From: an uncultured delta proteobacterium
GTDB taxonomy: Bacteria; Myxococcota_A; Polyangia; Haliangiales; Haliangiaceae
Length of the DNA: 64,000 nt
Assembly (NCBI GenBank): GCA_963848295.1
Contig: CAWKDB010000010.1
Span: 1,984,001-2,048,000 of the forward strand
Direction: 5' to 3'
The notes beneath the pieces were generated by a model, which was not told where the DNA came from, ran no database searches, and saw nothing but the letters and a program-made list of their open reading frames with translations. Position numbers and translations under genes: made by a program. Positions 37,564 through 47,188 of this stretch are shown one piece after another (position 1 is the stretch's first letter; each line of letters starts with the position of its first letter).

Positions 37564-38579
37564 ATCGCGCCAGGGCAAAGACGGCGCTCGCGACATGGTC
37601 CGATCAACTCGGCATGACCCGCGCGCTCGGATCGCTGCCGCGACGGCGCCGGCTGATCGTGCTGACCTACCATCGCATCGGCGATGCGGCGCATGCCGCC
37701 TACGATCCCGAGATGTACTCGGCCACGCCCGAGGACTTCGACGCGCAGGTCGCTTACCTCAAGCAGCGAATCGGCGTGATCTCGCTCGACGAAGCACTCG
37801 CCTGGCTCGACCAACCGACGCGGCGCAGCGGCAGCGCCGTCCTGATCACGTTCGACGATGGATACATCGACAACTATCGGCTCGCGTACCCCGTGCTCCG
37901 CGATCACGGCGTGTCGGCGACGTTCTTTCTGACCACGTCGTTCGTCGGCGAGAGCCGGTTGCCGTGGTGGGATCGCATCGCCGATTACGTGCGCCGCACG
38001 CGCGAGCCCCGCCTGCACGTCGAGTATCCGACCGCGCTCGACTTCGATCTCGACCGAGAGTCGCGACCGGCCGTGTTGCGCCGGTTGCTCCAGCTCTACA
38101 AGTCCGCCGCGATGACCGATCCCGAACGCTTCATCAGCGCGATCGCCGACGCGTGCCGGATCGATGCGACGGTGCCCGAGCGGACCTTCCTCGACTGGAA
38201 CGAAGCGGCCGAGATGATCGCCGGCGGGATGTCGATCGGCTCGCACACCCACACGCACGAGGTGCTCGCGAAGCTCTCCCTCGAGGATCAGATCCACGAG
38301 CTCACGAAGTCGCGGCAGATCCTGCAAGCAGCGCTGCCGATCGCTGCCGACGTGCTCGCGTACCCGGTTGGCTCGAGATACGCGTTCTCACCGACGACGA
38401 TCACCGCGGCCGAGAGGTCCGGCTATCGCGCTGCCTTCTCGTACTACGGCGGGATCAATCGCCCCGGCACGACCGAGCGGTTCGACATCCGGCGCACCAC
38501 CGTCGACCACGACGTGAGCTTGCCGCTGTTTCGGCTTCGCCAGACGCTGTCCGCGGTGATCGGGCGCGAGTTGCTCTAG
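37560..38579 (+). CDS. Polysaccharide deacetylase
   Basis: LTYHRI, ITFDDGY, IGSHTHTH, LAYPVG. Confidence 0.92.
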   Translation: MNRARAKTALATWSDQLGMTRALGSLPRRRRLIVLTYHRIGDAAHAAYDPEMYSATPEDFDAQVAYLKQRIGVISLDEALAWLDQPTRRSGSAVLITFDDGYIDNYRLAYPVLRDHGVSATFFLTTSFVGESRLPWWDRIADYVRRTREPRLHVEYPTALDFDLDRESRPAVLRRLLQLYKSAAMTDPERFISAIADACRIDATVPERTFLDWNEAAEMIAGGMSIGSHTHTHEVLAKLSLEDQIHELTKSRQILQAALPIAADVLAYPVGSRYAFSPTTITAAERSGYRAAFSYYGGINRPGTTERFDIRRTTVDHDVSLPLFRLRQTLSAVIGRELL

Positions 38580-38619
38580 GCGCGGAACAAGCCTCTCCAA
38601 CCGCGCGTTCCCTCGCGAG

Positions 38620-39342
38620 ATGCGACGCACCGCGATCGTCCTGGCGCTGTGCGGGCTCGGCACTGTTGCCAACGCTACGCCCGCCGAGCCATGGGATGGC
38701 CCGTTCAGCGATCCGGAGGCGATGACCGGCGCCAACCTGTCGAGCTGGAGCTCCGATCTCACCGACCACGAGCTCGGGCCGCCGCCGGGTGTCGGCGCCG
38801 ATACCTTGGCCATCGTGGAGCGCGTCACGACCGCGCCCGACGAACCGCGGTTCTGGCACCTCGCGCTTCACACCAAGACCGGCTGGTTCCTCAGTCCGGT
38901 CCTCGGGCGCGCCGAGAACCGAGACACGTGCGACCTCGAGGCGGTCGGCGCGGTCGGCGACCGGCTCACGTTCCGCTACACGTGCAGCGTCGGCCGGTTC
39001 ACCTGGGCGGAGAAGTCGTTCGCGCTGCTGTGCAAGATCGATCGCGCCGGGCGGCCGGCGTGCGGCAGCGCCGTCACGGCGTCTCGCAACAACGTTCACA
39101 CCGGCGGCAAGGAAGACGGCACCGACGTGCTGCACGATACCTCGAGCTGCACGCCGACCTTCACCGCGAATACGATCGTGCTCGCGCGCCGCGCGCCGAG
39201 CCACGAGCCCGGCGACTCGACGACGCACGTCGCGACGCTGTCGCCGTGCCATAGCCCGGGCAGCTTCGTCCTCACCGGCGACTTCGCGGCCGCGTCGCAC
39301 GGCAAGCCGCCGCTGTTCGACGAAGCCGGCAACTGGCGCTGA
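38620..39342 (+). CDS. Secreted hypothetical protein
   Basis: Signal peptide MRRTAIVLALCGLGTVANA. Confidence 0.65.
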   Translation: MRRTAIVLALCGLGTVANATPAEPWDGPFSDPEAMTGANLSSWSSDLTDHELGPPPGVGADTLAIVERVTTAPDEPRFWHLALHTKTGWFLSPVLGRAENRDTCDLEAVGAVGDRLTFRYTCSVGRFTWAEKSFALLCKIDRAGRPACGSAVTASRNNVHTGGKEDGTDVLHDTSSCTPTFTANTIVLARRAPSHEPGDSTTHVATLSPCHSPGSFVLTGDFAAASHGKPPLFDEAGNWR

Positions 39343-39372
39343 CGATTCGGTGCAGCGCGACCGCTTCGCCGG

Positions 39373-39855
39373 TCAACGCCGACGAGCGGGCTTGCTCGCA
39401 GCCTTCTTCGCGGGCTTGCTCGCAGCCTTCTTCGCGGGCTTGCTCGCAGCCTTCTTCGCGGGCTTGCTCGCAGCCTTGCGCGGGGCGCTCGCCTGGTGCG
39501 GCGCGCTCGCCTGGTGCGGCGGCGACGCATGCTTCGGCTGGTACACGCCGACGCGACCACCACCGGGCAGCGTGATGAACGTCAACGAGCCCCACCGCTC
39601 TTCGTGGACCGCCGCACATTCGACGTGCTTCGCCGTCATCTCCGCGATGTAGGCCTGAACATCGTCGCACATCAAGTACAGCTCGTGACGATCGTTGTCC
39701 TCGCCGGGATGGACCGCGACCTCGCCCGGGGGCAGCGCGAAGATCAGCCAGCCTCCGCCGACATCGACATTCGCGAAGCCTAGGACATCGCGGATGAAGT
39801 CCTTATCGCGGCTTGCGTCCTTGCTGTAGATGATGACGTGGGCGCCGATGATCAT
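39373..39855 (-). CDS. VOC/glyoxalase family protein with a basic KAASKPAK repeat tail
   Basis: MIIGAHVIIYSKD..GGWLIFALPPGEVAVHP..HELYLMCDD..WG..LPGGGRVGVYQP. Confidence 0.88.
   Translation of the reverse strand: MIIGAHVIIYSKDASRDKDFIRDVLGFANVDVGGGWLIFALPPGEVAVHPGEDNDRHELYLMCDDVQAYIAEMTAKHVECAAVHEERWGSLTFITLPGGGRVGVYQPKHASPPHQASAPHQASAPRKAASKPAKKAASKPAKKAASKPAKKAASKPARRR
39386..39477. repeat. 24-bp tandem repeat, about 3.8 copies
   Basis: Unit GCGGGCTTGCTCGCAGCCTTCTTC. Confidence 0.95.
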
Positions 39856-39914
39856 GGTGCGGTCGTATCACGACGCTCGGAGCGATGTGCTTCCCGCCGC
39901 CGTTCCGAGTGATG

Positions 39915-40727
39915 TTAGTGAGCGACCGCCGGCGCGGTCGCGGCGACCCCCGACGTGTGGTGATGCTCGTTCTCGGCGGCCGCCGCGGCCGCGAACCGCC
40001 GTACGTCGGTCAACATGTCGGCGGCGAGCTCGGGCGCGAACTTGATGACCGCGGCGGAGGCCAACCGATCGAGCTTGCGATCGGTGTTCCACTCGTTCGT
40101 GCGCTGCGTCGCGGTGATCGAGCGGCGCGTCGTGAACATCAGCAAGCCGGTCTTGACATCGAACATCGTCGCTTCGATGTAGCCGGTCGCTTCCTGCTCC
40201 TGACCCGGCAAGAACAACGCGCCGATCACCGTCGCATATCCGAACGCCCACGGGCCGACGTGGTGATCCTTCGTGATCACCTCGCGATAGAGCACGATGT
40301 AGCGCAGGCGATAGCGCGCCGCGGCTTCGCGCAGTGCTTCCATGCCGAGCGCGCCCGACGGAATCGGCATCATCTCGGTGACGAGCGAGAACGACGCGTC
40401 GTGGCGCAACCGCTCGACCAACGGCGCGATCCCGACCGGTACGTGATCGATGTCGGGATTCGGCCCGCGCCAATCTCCCGCCGTGGTGACCGGCATCACG
40501 CCGACGCGCGACGGCAGATCGAGCTCGATCGGTGAAGCGAGGATCGTCTGCAACGCATCCTCGGACAGCGCGCCGTTCGGCGAGCTCGAGAACAACGAGT
40601 GATCGAGCGGTTGCGGCGCCGCGGGCGCTGCGCTCGGCATCACCGCCGACGCCATCCTCGACGGCGTAACGGCACAGCCGGCGGCCACGCAAACCAGGAG
40701 TGCTGCGAAGCGAGCTTGATTCGACAT
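39915..40727 (-). CDS. Lipoprotein (rhombotarget-lipoprotein-like)
   Basis: VAAGC lipobox; LPSRVGV; YATVIGALFLPG..IEATMFDVKTGLLMF. Confidence 0.68.
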   Translation of the reverse strand: MSNQARFAALLVCVAAGCAVTPSRMASAVMPSAAPAAPQPLDHSLFSSSPNGALSEDALQTILASPIELDLPSRVGVMPVTTAGDWRGPNPDIDHVPVGIAPLVERLRHDASFSLVTEMMPIPSGALGMEALREAAARYRLRYIVLYREVITKDHHVGPWAFGYATVIGALFLPGQEQEATGYIEATMFDVKTGLLMFTTRRSITATQRTNEWNTDRKLDRLASAAVIKFAPELAADMLTDVRRFAAAAAAENEHHHTSGVAATAPAVAH

Positions 40728-40785
40728 GTGCGAGTTCAACGCGCGCTCGGCTCGCGGCTTACAGTATTCGAGCTATCGTCGAGCC

Positions 40786-40992
40786 ATGAGCTTCGGCAAG
40801 AACCCGCACGTCGCCAAGGCCGAGGCCGCCGAGCAGAAGGCGAACGACGCCCAGGACGATTCCGCGCGTGTGCAGGGCTGGCTCGAAGCCGGCCGCCAGT
40901 GGGAACGCGCCGCGGATCGCGAGAAGGACGCGAAGCGCCGCCAACTCTACACCGACAAGGCGGCGGCGGCGCGTACCGCGGCCGAAGGCTGA
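40786..40992 (+). CDS. Small helical hypothetical protein
   Basis: MSFGKNPHVAKAEAAEQKA...; TATCGT 6 nt upstream. Confidence 0.72.
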   Translation: MSFGKNPHVAKAEAAEQKANDAQDDSARVQGWLEAGRQWERAADREKDAKRRQLYTDKAAAARTAAEG

Positions 40993-41002
40993 GACGGTCG
41001 AC

Positions 41003-41773
41003 GTGGGTTGGCTCACCGAGCGCCGGAGGGCGCATCTCCTCGCCGAACCGTTTCCACCGGAGTGGACCACGTTCCTCGAACGCAACGTCGCGGCGTACAC
41101 GTTGCTCGACGCGAACGAGCGCAAGCAGCTGCGCGAGCTCGTCCAGGTGTTCGTCGCGGAGAAGCATTGGGAGGGATGCGGTGGCCTGGAGCTGACCGAC
41201 GAGATTCGCGTCACGATCGCGGGCACCGGGTGCCAGCTGTTGCTCGGCGGCGATCACGATCTGTTCGCGGACGTCCATTCGATCCTCGTGTATCCATCGA
41301 CGATCCGGCTGCCGGAGGAGCCACCGCAGCTCACGAGCTCGCCGATCGTGGGGACGCGCGGCGCCGATCTCGTGATCGGGCTGGCGAAGCGACACGACGA
41401 GCTCGTGCTGTCCTGGGACAGCGCGCTGCGCGGCGCGCGCGACGCGCACGACGGTCACAACGTCGTGATCCACGAGCTCGCGCACAAGATCGACTACCTC
41501 AACGGCGCGGCCGATGGCACGCCGTTGCTCGCCGACCGCTCCGCGCGCCGGGCCTGGGCCAGCGCATTCGAGCCAGCGTTCCTCGCACATCGCGAGCGTG
41601 CGGCCCGTGGCGAGCCGAGCTTGCTCGATGATTACGCGATCACGAACGAGGCGGAGTACTTCGCCGTTGCGACCGAGGTGTTCTTCGAGAAGCCGCACGC
41701 GCTCGCGCGCGAGCTGCCCGACGTGTACGCACAGCTCAGCGCGTTCTATCGGCTCGACCTCGCCGCGCGTTAG
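41003..41773 (+). CDS. M90 family zinc peptidase (MtfA-like)
   Basis: ILVYPS, LVLSWD, DGHNVVIHELAHKID, YAITNEAEYFAVATEVFFEKP. Confidence 0.92.
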   Translation: MGWLTERRRAHLLAEPFPPEWTTFLERNVAAYTLLDANERKQLRELVQVFVAEKHWEGCGGLELTDEIRVTIAGTGCQLLLGGDHDLFADVHSILVYPSTIRLPEEPPQLTSSPIVGTRGADLVIGLAKRHDELVLSWDSALRGARDAHDGHNVVIHELAHKIDYLNGAADGTPLLADRSARRAWASAFEPAFLAHRERAARGEPSLLDDYAITNEAEYFAVATEVFFEKPHALARELPDVYAQLSAFYRLDLAAR

Positions 41774-41788
41774 TGCTTAAGTCGGCGG

Positions 41789-42892
41789 ATGCGGCCCGTG
41801 CTCATCGTGATCGCGCTCACGTCGACGGTTGCCGCGGCGCCGAAGTCACCCGCGTGCACGACCGTGCCGGTCGTCGATCAATACGGGCACCCGGTGCGTC
41901 ACGCCCTGGTCATACGTTGGGACTCCGATCCCGATGGCGCAACCGGCACCGGTGGCGTCGGCCAATGGGAGAGCGATGCGACCGGGGCGCTGTGTGTCCC
42001 GACGGGCGAGTGGAGCGGGTATTTCACGATCGAGCCCGACGGCGAGCACGGCGGATCATGTGCCGGCCACGTCAAGCTCCTCGGGGCTGGAACTCCGCCT
42101 GCGCGGATCGTGATGCCGGTCAAGCCGCTCGCGATGGCGAAGGTCACCGGCAAGGTCGTCACCACCGACGGGTCGCCCGCCGCCGGCGTCACGGTCGACG
42201 TGCTCGATCTCGCGGTCGGCACGTGCGGGGGCGCGCGTCCAACGCTGCGCATCCCGACCACGGGCGACGGACGTTTCACGATCGAGACCGTGCGCGGCGA
42301 TCTCGAGGGTCGCGTGTTCGGGGATGCGATCGAAGAGACGGCGTTTCACTTCGCAGCGGGCAGCAAGGACAACGTGGTCATCGCCCACGACGGCGCGCAG
42401 TGGCGCGGTCGCGTACTCGCGCCGGATGGGACGCCGCTGACGCCAGCGTACGTGGCTGCTTGCGATCCCGACAACGACTGCAAGGGCGCTACCGCGGTCG
42501 GCGACGAATACGTCATCGCGCATCTCCGGCCGGGCGCGCACACCCTGGTCGCGCTCGTCGAGCACGACGCGGTGCTCGGTTGGCGCCGGATCGACACGCC
42601 ACTCGTGTTCGCGCAGGACGAGCATCGCGCCGCCGACCTCCAGTTCGCACCCGGGCGCGACATCTCCGGCACCACGCGGCCGAACGTGGTCATCGATGCG
42701 ACCAAGAAGGGGGCGGCGGTCCAGTCGGGGCGGAAGACCGCGATCCAGATTCAGTCGGACGCGAACGGCCACTTCGTGTTCCATCAGATGGAGCCGGGAA
42801 CGTGGGCGCTCAGCGCGTTCATGCCGGATCGACCGGGTATCGCCCACCCGGTCGAGGCCGCGGCGGGGGATACCAACGTCAAGCTGCCTTAG
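41789..42892 (+). CDS. Secreted carboxypeptidase-regulatory-like domain protein
   Basis: Signal peptide; repeated VTGKVVTTDGSP / GRVLAPDGTP / SDANGHFVF. Confidence 0.78.
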   Translation: MRPVLIVIALTSTVAAAPKSPACTTVPVVDQYGHPVRHALVIRWDSDPDGATGTGGVGQWESDATGALCVPTGEWSGYFTIEPDGEHGGSCAGHVKLLGAGTPPARIVMPVKPLAMAKVTGKVVTTDGSPAAGVTVDVLDLAVGTCGGARPTLRIPTTGDGRFTIETVRGDLEGRVFGDAIEETAFHFAAGSKDNVVIAHDGAQWRGRVLAPDGTPLTPAYVAACDPDNDCKGATAVGDEYVIAHLRPGAHTLVALVEHDAVLGWRRIDTPLVFAQDEHRAADLQFAPGRDISGTTRPNVVIDATKKGAAVQSGRKTAIQIQSDANGHFVFHQMEPGTWALSAFMPDRPGIAHPVEAAAGDTNVKLP

Positions 42893-44287
42893 CGGCGCTC
42901 TTGGCGGGGTGGCTTCACGAGGTAGCTGCGAAACCGCTTGTTCTTGATCTTGCCGCGCTCGAGCCCGGCAAGCGCACGCGCTCCGACCTCGGCGGTGACC
43001 GCGACGAACGTCATCTGATCGGTGATCGAGATCTTGCCGATGTCCGGCGCGGCGAGCCCGATCTCGGTCGTCAGCGCGCCGACGATGTCGCCTGGCCTCA
43101 GCCGGTCGCGTCGCCCGCCTTGGATCGCGATCGTGATCATCGCGGGCGGAGCGGCGCGATCGCCGCCCGTGGCGGGTATCGGTGATAGCGGGATGTTCGC
43201 GAGCGGACCTTGGCGAAGCTCGTCGAGCGCGCGGCGATCGCCCTGGCCGACGAGGCTGATCGCGAGACCTTCGTGGCCCGCGCGGCCGGTGCGACCGATG
43301 CGATGAATGAAGACGTCGGGCTCGCGCGGCAGATCGAAGTTGATGACCGCGCCGAGCTCGTCGATGTCGAGGCCGCGCGCGGCGACGTCGGTCGCGACGA
43401 TCACGCGCAAGCTGCCGTTGCGCAGCAGGATCAGCACGGTATTGCGATCGTGTTGGTCCATGCCGCCGTGCAACGCGACCGCTGCGAAGCCGGCGGCCCG
43501 TAGATGCTCGGCGACGGCATCGCAGGTCTCGCGCAGGTTACAGAAGATCACCGCGGACTCGGGAAGGTGATGGCCGAGGATGCGCACGAGCGCGCTGACC
43601 TTCTCCAGGCTGCCGGCGTCGTACAGCACTTGCGAGACGCGAGCGGCGACGTCGTCGGCCGGCGCGACGACCTCGACCGCATCGCGTTGGAACGACCGAC
43701 CGAGCGCGCGGACCGCATCGGGGAACGTCGCGGAGAACAGCAGGGTCTGGCGATCGGTTGGCGTCGCGGCGACGATCGCGGTCACCGCCGCGACGAACCC
43801 CATCTCGAGCATGCGGTCCGCTTCGTCGAGGACGACCGTGCGGATTCCGGACAAGTCGAGCCGGTTGCGCGCGAGGTGATCCTGCACGCGACCCGGCGTG
43901 CCGACGACGACGTCGACGCCGTGCTCGAGCGACGCGCGCTCGGCCTGGACCGAGCTGCCCCCGCTCAGCGTCCTCACGCGAACGTGCGGCAACGGGCGAG
44001 CGAGCCGGCGGAATCTCGTCGGCGACTTGCGCGGCGAGCTCGCGCGTCGGGCACAACACGAGCGCGCCCGGCGAGCCGCTGCGAGGAATGATCCGCGCCA
44101 ACAACGCGAGCCCGAACGCCGCGGTCTTGCCCGTGCCGGTACCGGCCTGGCCGAGCAGGTCACGGCCCGCGAGCATCGCCGGCAACGCGAGCGCCTGGAT
44201 CGGCGTCATCTCGCGATACTCGAGCTGCGCGAGGTTATCGAGCCACGGTTTCGCGAGGGCCAAGGTCGAGAACGACAGGTCGGTCAC
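42889..44287 (-). pseudogene. dbpA: ATP-dependent RNA helicase DbpA with a 1-nt frameshift near 44010 (real or sequencing error)
   Basis: Q motif MTPIQ, AGTGTGKT and PTRELA in one frame; TPGR, DEAD, SAT, HRIGRTGRAG and the DbpA RNA-binding LRPGDIVGALT in another. Confidence 0.88.
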
Positions 44288-44310
44288 GGCGGTCAGCTAG
44301 ACTACCAGGC

Positions 44311-45360
44311 GTGGACCCGGCAGCCCGCGATGCATTCGTCTGGTTCACCCATCAACCGGCGTCGACCGCGTGGCTCAAGCGCGAGCTCGCGGCGAAGCGA
44401 CCCGACCTGCGGTTCGCGTTTTCGCGCCCCGGCCTGACGACCTTCAAGGTCGAGTCCAGCCGTGCCGACGAGCCGACCGGCAGCTCGTTCGCACGCGCGT
44501 ACGGCCATTCGCTCGGCCGAGCCGCCTCGGTCGACGAGGTCCTCGCGCACGCCGGTTCGCTCGCCGCGACCCGGCTGCACGTGTTCGAGCGCGATCCGGA
44601 CCGCCCCGCCGACGAGCGCGACGCGGCGATCGCGGGAACCCGCGCCGCGGCGCTCGAAACCGCCGTACGAGCCGCCGCGCCGGATCGGTTCTCGCCCGAT
44701 GCACTCGCCAACGCGGGCGACGTCGTGCTCGACGTGATCGTCGCGCCAGCCGAAGAGCCCGAAGACGGGATGTTCGTGGGCTGGCATCGCCACGACGTAT
44801 CCCACGGACCGCTCCCCGGCGGGGTAGCGCACGTCGCGATTCCCACCGCCGCGCCATCGCGCGCGTGGGCGAAGATCGAGGAGGCGATCCGCTGGTCCGG
44901 CCTCGTGCCGCGCGCCGGCGAGTCGGCGGTCGAGCTCGGCTCGGCGCCCGGAGGCGCGAGCTTCGCGTTGCTCGAGCGCGGCTTGCACGTTCACGGCGTC
45001 GACCCGGGCGCGATGGATCCGCGCGTCCTCGGCTACGTCGGCGCGACCGGCAACCGCTTCACGCATCACGCGTCGCCCGCCGCCGAGGTCGCGCGCAAGG
45101 ACCTGCCGCGCACCTACGCTTGGCTCGCGAGCGACGTCAACCTCGCGCCGATGGTCGCGCTCAAGTACGTCGAGCGATTCGTCGCTCTCGCGCACGGCGG
45201 TCTGCGCGGCGCGTTCATCACGCTCAAGCTCAACGACGATGGCGTGTTCGAGGCGCTACCGCGCCTCGCAGCCCGCATCGCCAAGCTCGGTGCGGCGCGC
45301 GTCCGCTACACGCAACTGCCGAGCCATCGCAGCGAGATCGTCGCGATCCTCGACTGGTAG
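44311..45360 (+). CDS. RlmM/FtsJ-like SAM-dependent rRNA methyltransferase
   Basis: APSRAWAKIEEA, AVELGSAPGG, GVDPG, WLASDVN, TLKL. Confidence 0.82.
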   Translation: MDPAARDAFVWFTHQPASTAWLKRELAAKRPDLRFAFSRPGLTTFKVESSRADEPTGSSFARAYGHSLGRAASVDEVLAHAGSLAATRLHVFERDPDRPADERDAAIAGTRAAALETAVRAAAPDRFSPDALANAGDVVLDVIVAPAEEPEDGMFVGWHRHDVSHGPLPGGVAHVAIPTAAPSRAWAKIEEAIRWSGLVPRAGESAVELGSAPGGASFALLERGLHVHGVDPGAMDPRVLGYVGATGNRFTHHASPAAEVARKDLPRTYAWLASDVNLAPMVALKYVERFVALAHGGLRGAFITLKLNDDGVFEALPRLAARIAKLGAARVRYTQLPSHRSEIVAILDW

Positions 45361-45364
45361 CGGC

Positions 45365-46630
45365 TCACCTCATCCCGTCGACGACCAGCTTCGCACCGGC
45401 CGCCATCAGCGCCGGGTCGATGTCCCACGAATCGCCGTGGTGATAACCTTGGTTGTCGGTCCAGCTCTTCGCCGATTGGATCTGCGAGTAGATCGCCATC
45501 ATGTGGCCCTCGCCCATCCCTTGATCCGCGTCCGGCGGTTGGTCCCCGCCCTCGTTCGTCACGAAGTCGATGCGACCGCGAAAGCTCCAGCTCGACACGG
45601 TCAACGCGAGGCTACTATCGTCGAGCGACGAGTCGCGCGAATCGTTCGTCATGTTCGCGCACGCGGTCGTCATCCCGACGTAGTTGATCACGTTGTTGTA
45701 GGCACTACCGGCCGCGGTTGGCGCCATCACGGTCGGGACCCGACAGTTGTTCGTCGTGCTCGTGCCGCAGAACGGATCGTCGTTGCCGTAGCTCGAATTC
45801 GGGTTGCCGGTGCACTCGGACGCGTCCTCGTCGCAGTGCCCCTCGGAGATGTGAACCCGACCGCAGCCGGCGTTGACGTCCCAGAATCCGGGGCCGCCGA
45901 TCAGCATCTGGTAGTCGATGATCGAGTCGAGGCCGTACCAGACATGCGCGCCGAAAGTCGCGGCGGTGCCCATGCTGCTGCCGACGGTGCCGAGCTTCTG
46001 GCCCTGCGCGAAGTTGTCCTTGACCCATCGGATCACCGCGGCAGGGCGTGCAGCTTGGCCGCGCGTGCTCGTCGGGGTCGCGTCTTTGCGCGTGAACCAG
46101 CCGCCGCCCGCGAGGATGCTCGGCGTGCCCTTTTCCCAGCCGAGCGACACCGTCTTGAGGTCGCTGATCATCTGGATCTGCAGGTCGAACGGATTGAACA
46201 CGGACGTGCCGCCATCGCCAGCATGGGTCACCACGACGTCGGTGCCATCGGGCGTGAACGCGAGGTGCCCCCCCATGCCGTCGACGACAAACGCGAGCGC
46301 CTGGATCTGATCACCGCGCGCGGACATCGTCGGCCCCGATGCGCTCGATAGTCCGAACGTGCAAGTCGTCCAGTCGGAGCACGGCGTCGCGCACGAATAC
46401 GTCACCGCGTCGCCGGTGGTCTCCACCGTGTATGCGGCGTTGAGGTTCACCGTGTTCGTGACCTGACAGAACTCGAGCTGCGGTAGTGCGACGCTGCCTG
46501 CGTCGAGCAATACGTCGTTGCTCGCACCGGCGTCGCTCCCCGCTCCGTCGATCGAGCCATCAGCGCTCGCTGCGGGGCTGGAGTGACATGCGGCGAGCGC
46601 GGCAACAGCGACCGATAGACGCAAAGCCAT
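45365..46630 (-). CDS. Lipoprotein with a possible alpha/beta-hydrolase fold
   Basis: AALAAC lipobox; GTVGSSMG nucleophile-elbow-like motif. Confidence 0.68.
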   Translation of the reverse strand: MALRLSVAVAALAACHSSPAASADGSIDGAGSDAGASNDVLLDAGSVALPQLEFCQVTNTVNLNAAYTVETTGDAVTYSCATPCSDWTTCTFGLSSASGPTMSARGDQIQALAFVVDGMGGHLAFTPDGTDVVVTHAGDGGTSVFNPFDLQIQMISDLKTVSLGWEKGTPSILAGGGWFTRKDATPTSTRGQAARPAAVIRWVKDNFAQGQKLGTVGSSMGTAATFGAHVWYGLDSIIDYQMLIGGPGFWDVNAGCGRVHISEGHCDEDASECTGNPNSSYGNDDPFCGTSTTNNCRVPTVMAPTAAGSAYNNVINYVGMTTACANMTNDSRDSSLDDSSLALTVSSWSFRGRIDFVTNEGGDQPPDADQGMGEGHMMAIYSQIQSAKSWTDNQGYHHGDSWDIDPALMAAGAKLVVDGMR

Positions 46631-46642
46631 GCCGTCGCTAAC

Positions 46643-46658
46643 AGCAAGCTCCGCGCCA
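46643..46658 (-). promoter_or_regulatory. Sigma54 -24/-12 promoter
   Basis: TGGCGCGGAGCTTGCT on the minus strand, near consensus, 12 nt before ATG 46630. Confidence 0.68.
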
Positions 46659-46750
46659 CGCCGCGCGCGCTCGCCGGGTGGGCGCGTGGAACCTACACTT
46701 CCACGATCGTCGGACTGGAGCGACGGCGGTGGTACCTCGAAGTCCCGCGG

Positions 46751-47029
46751 CTAGCGCGAGCGATAGCTAAAGTGATGCTGGTGCATCCGGCGCAGGAAGC
46801 GATCATCGATCGAGAGCCCGGACGCGCTGCCGAGCACGGCGTCGATCCCGCAGCGCGGGCACAGCGCGGTCTGATCCGAGTCGGTCCACGCGGTGACGTC
46901 CGTGATCTGGAACGTCCGGAAGCAGAAGAAGCAACCGCACAGCGCGCTGTTGTCGAGCTCGGCGCGGTGCTTCGAGGCGTGTTTGTGAGCTTCGATGTAG
47001 ATCGCGGCGGCGGCGGTGGCGATGGTCAT
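46751..47029 (-). CDS. Small conserved Cys-rich (probable zinc-binding) cytoplasmic protein
   Basis: AHKHAS..CGCFFC..TALCPRCGIDAVLG. Confidence 0.8.
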   Translation of the reverse strand: MTIATAAAAIYIEAHKHASKHRAELDNSALCGCFFCFRTFQITDVTAWTDSDQTALCPRCGIDAVLGSASGLSIDDRFLRRMHQHHFSYRSR

Positions 47030-47188
47030 GGATGACCGGCGGGCAACACCGACGGCACCTCCACACGTACCACGCCGATCGATCGAACCGCACTGTCATT
47101 CGGCGGTGCCGGTCCCGGCCGGCCACCGCGCCGCGATCTACTTGGCACGAGGACGTGCAGCCGGAACGGCGATCGATCGAGCTCGGGG

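Noticed and set aside
39386..39477. Short direct repeats as a possible CRISPR array
   Set aside because: The units are contiguous with no spacers, lie in frame inside a CDS, and no cas genes are present.
47142..47160. TGGCACGAGGACGTGCA as a sigma54 promoter
   Set aside because: The GG-to-GC spacing is 11 nt rather than 10, and no plus-strand gene follows.
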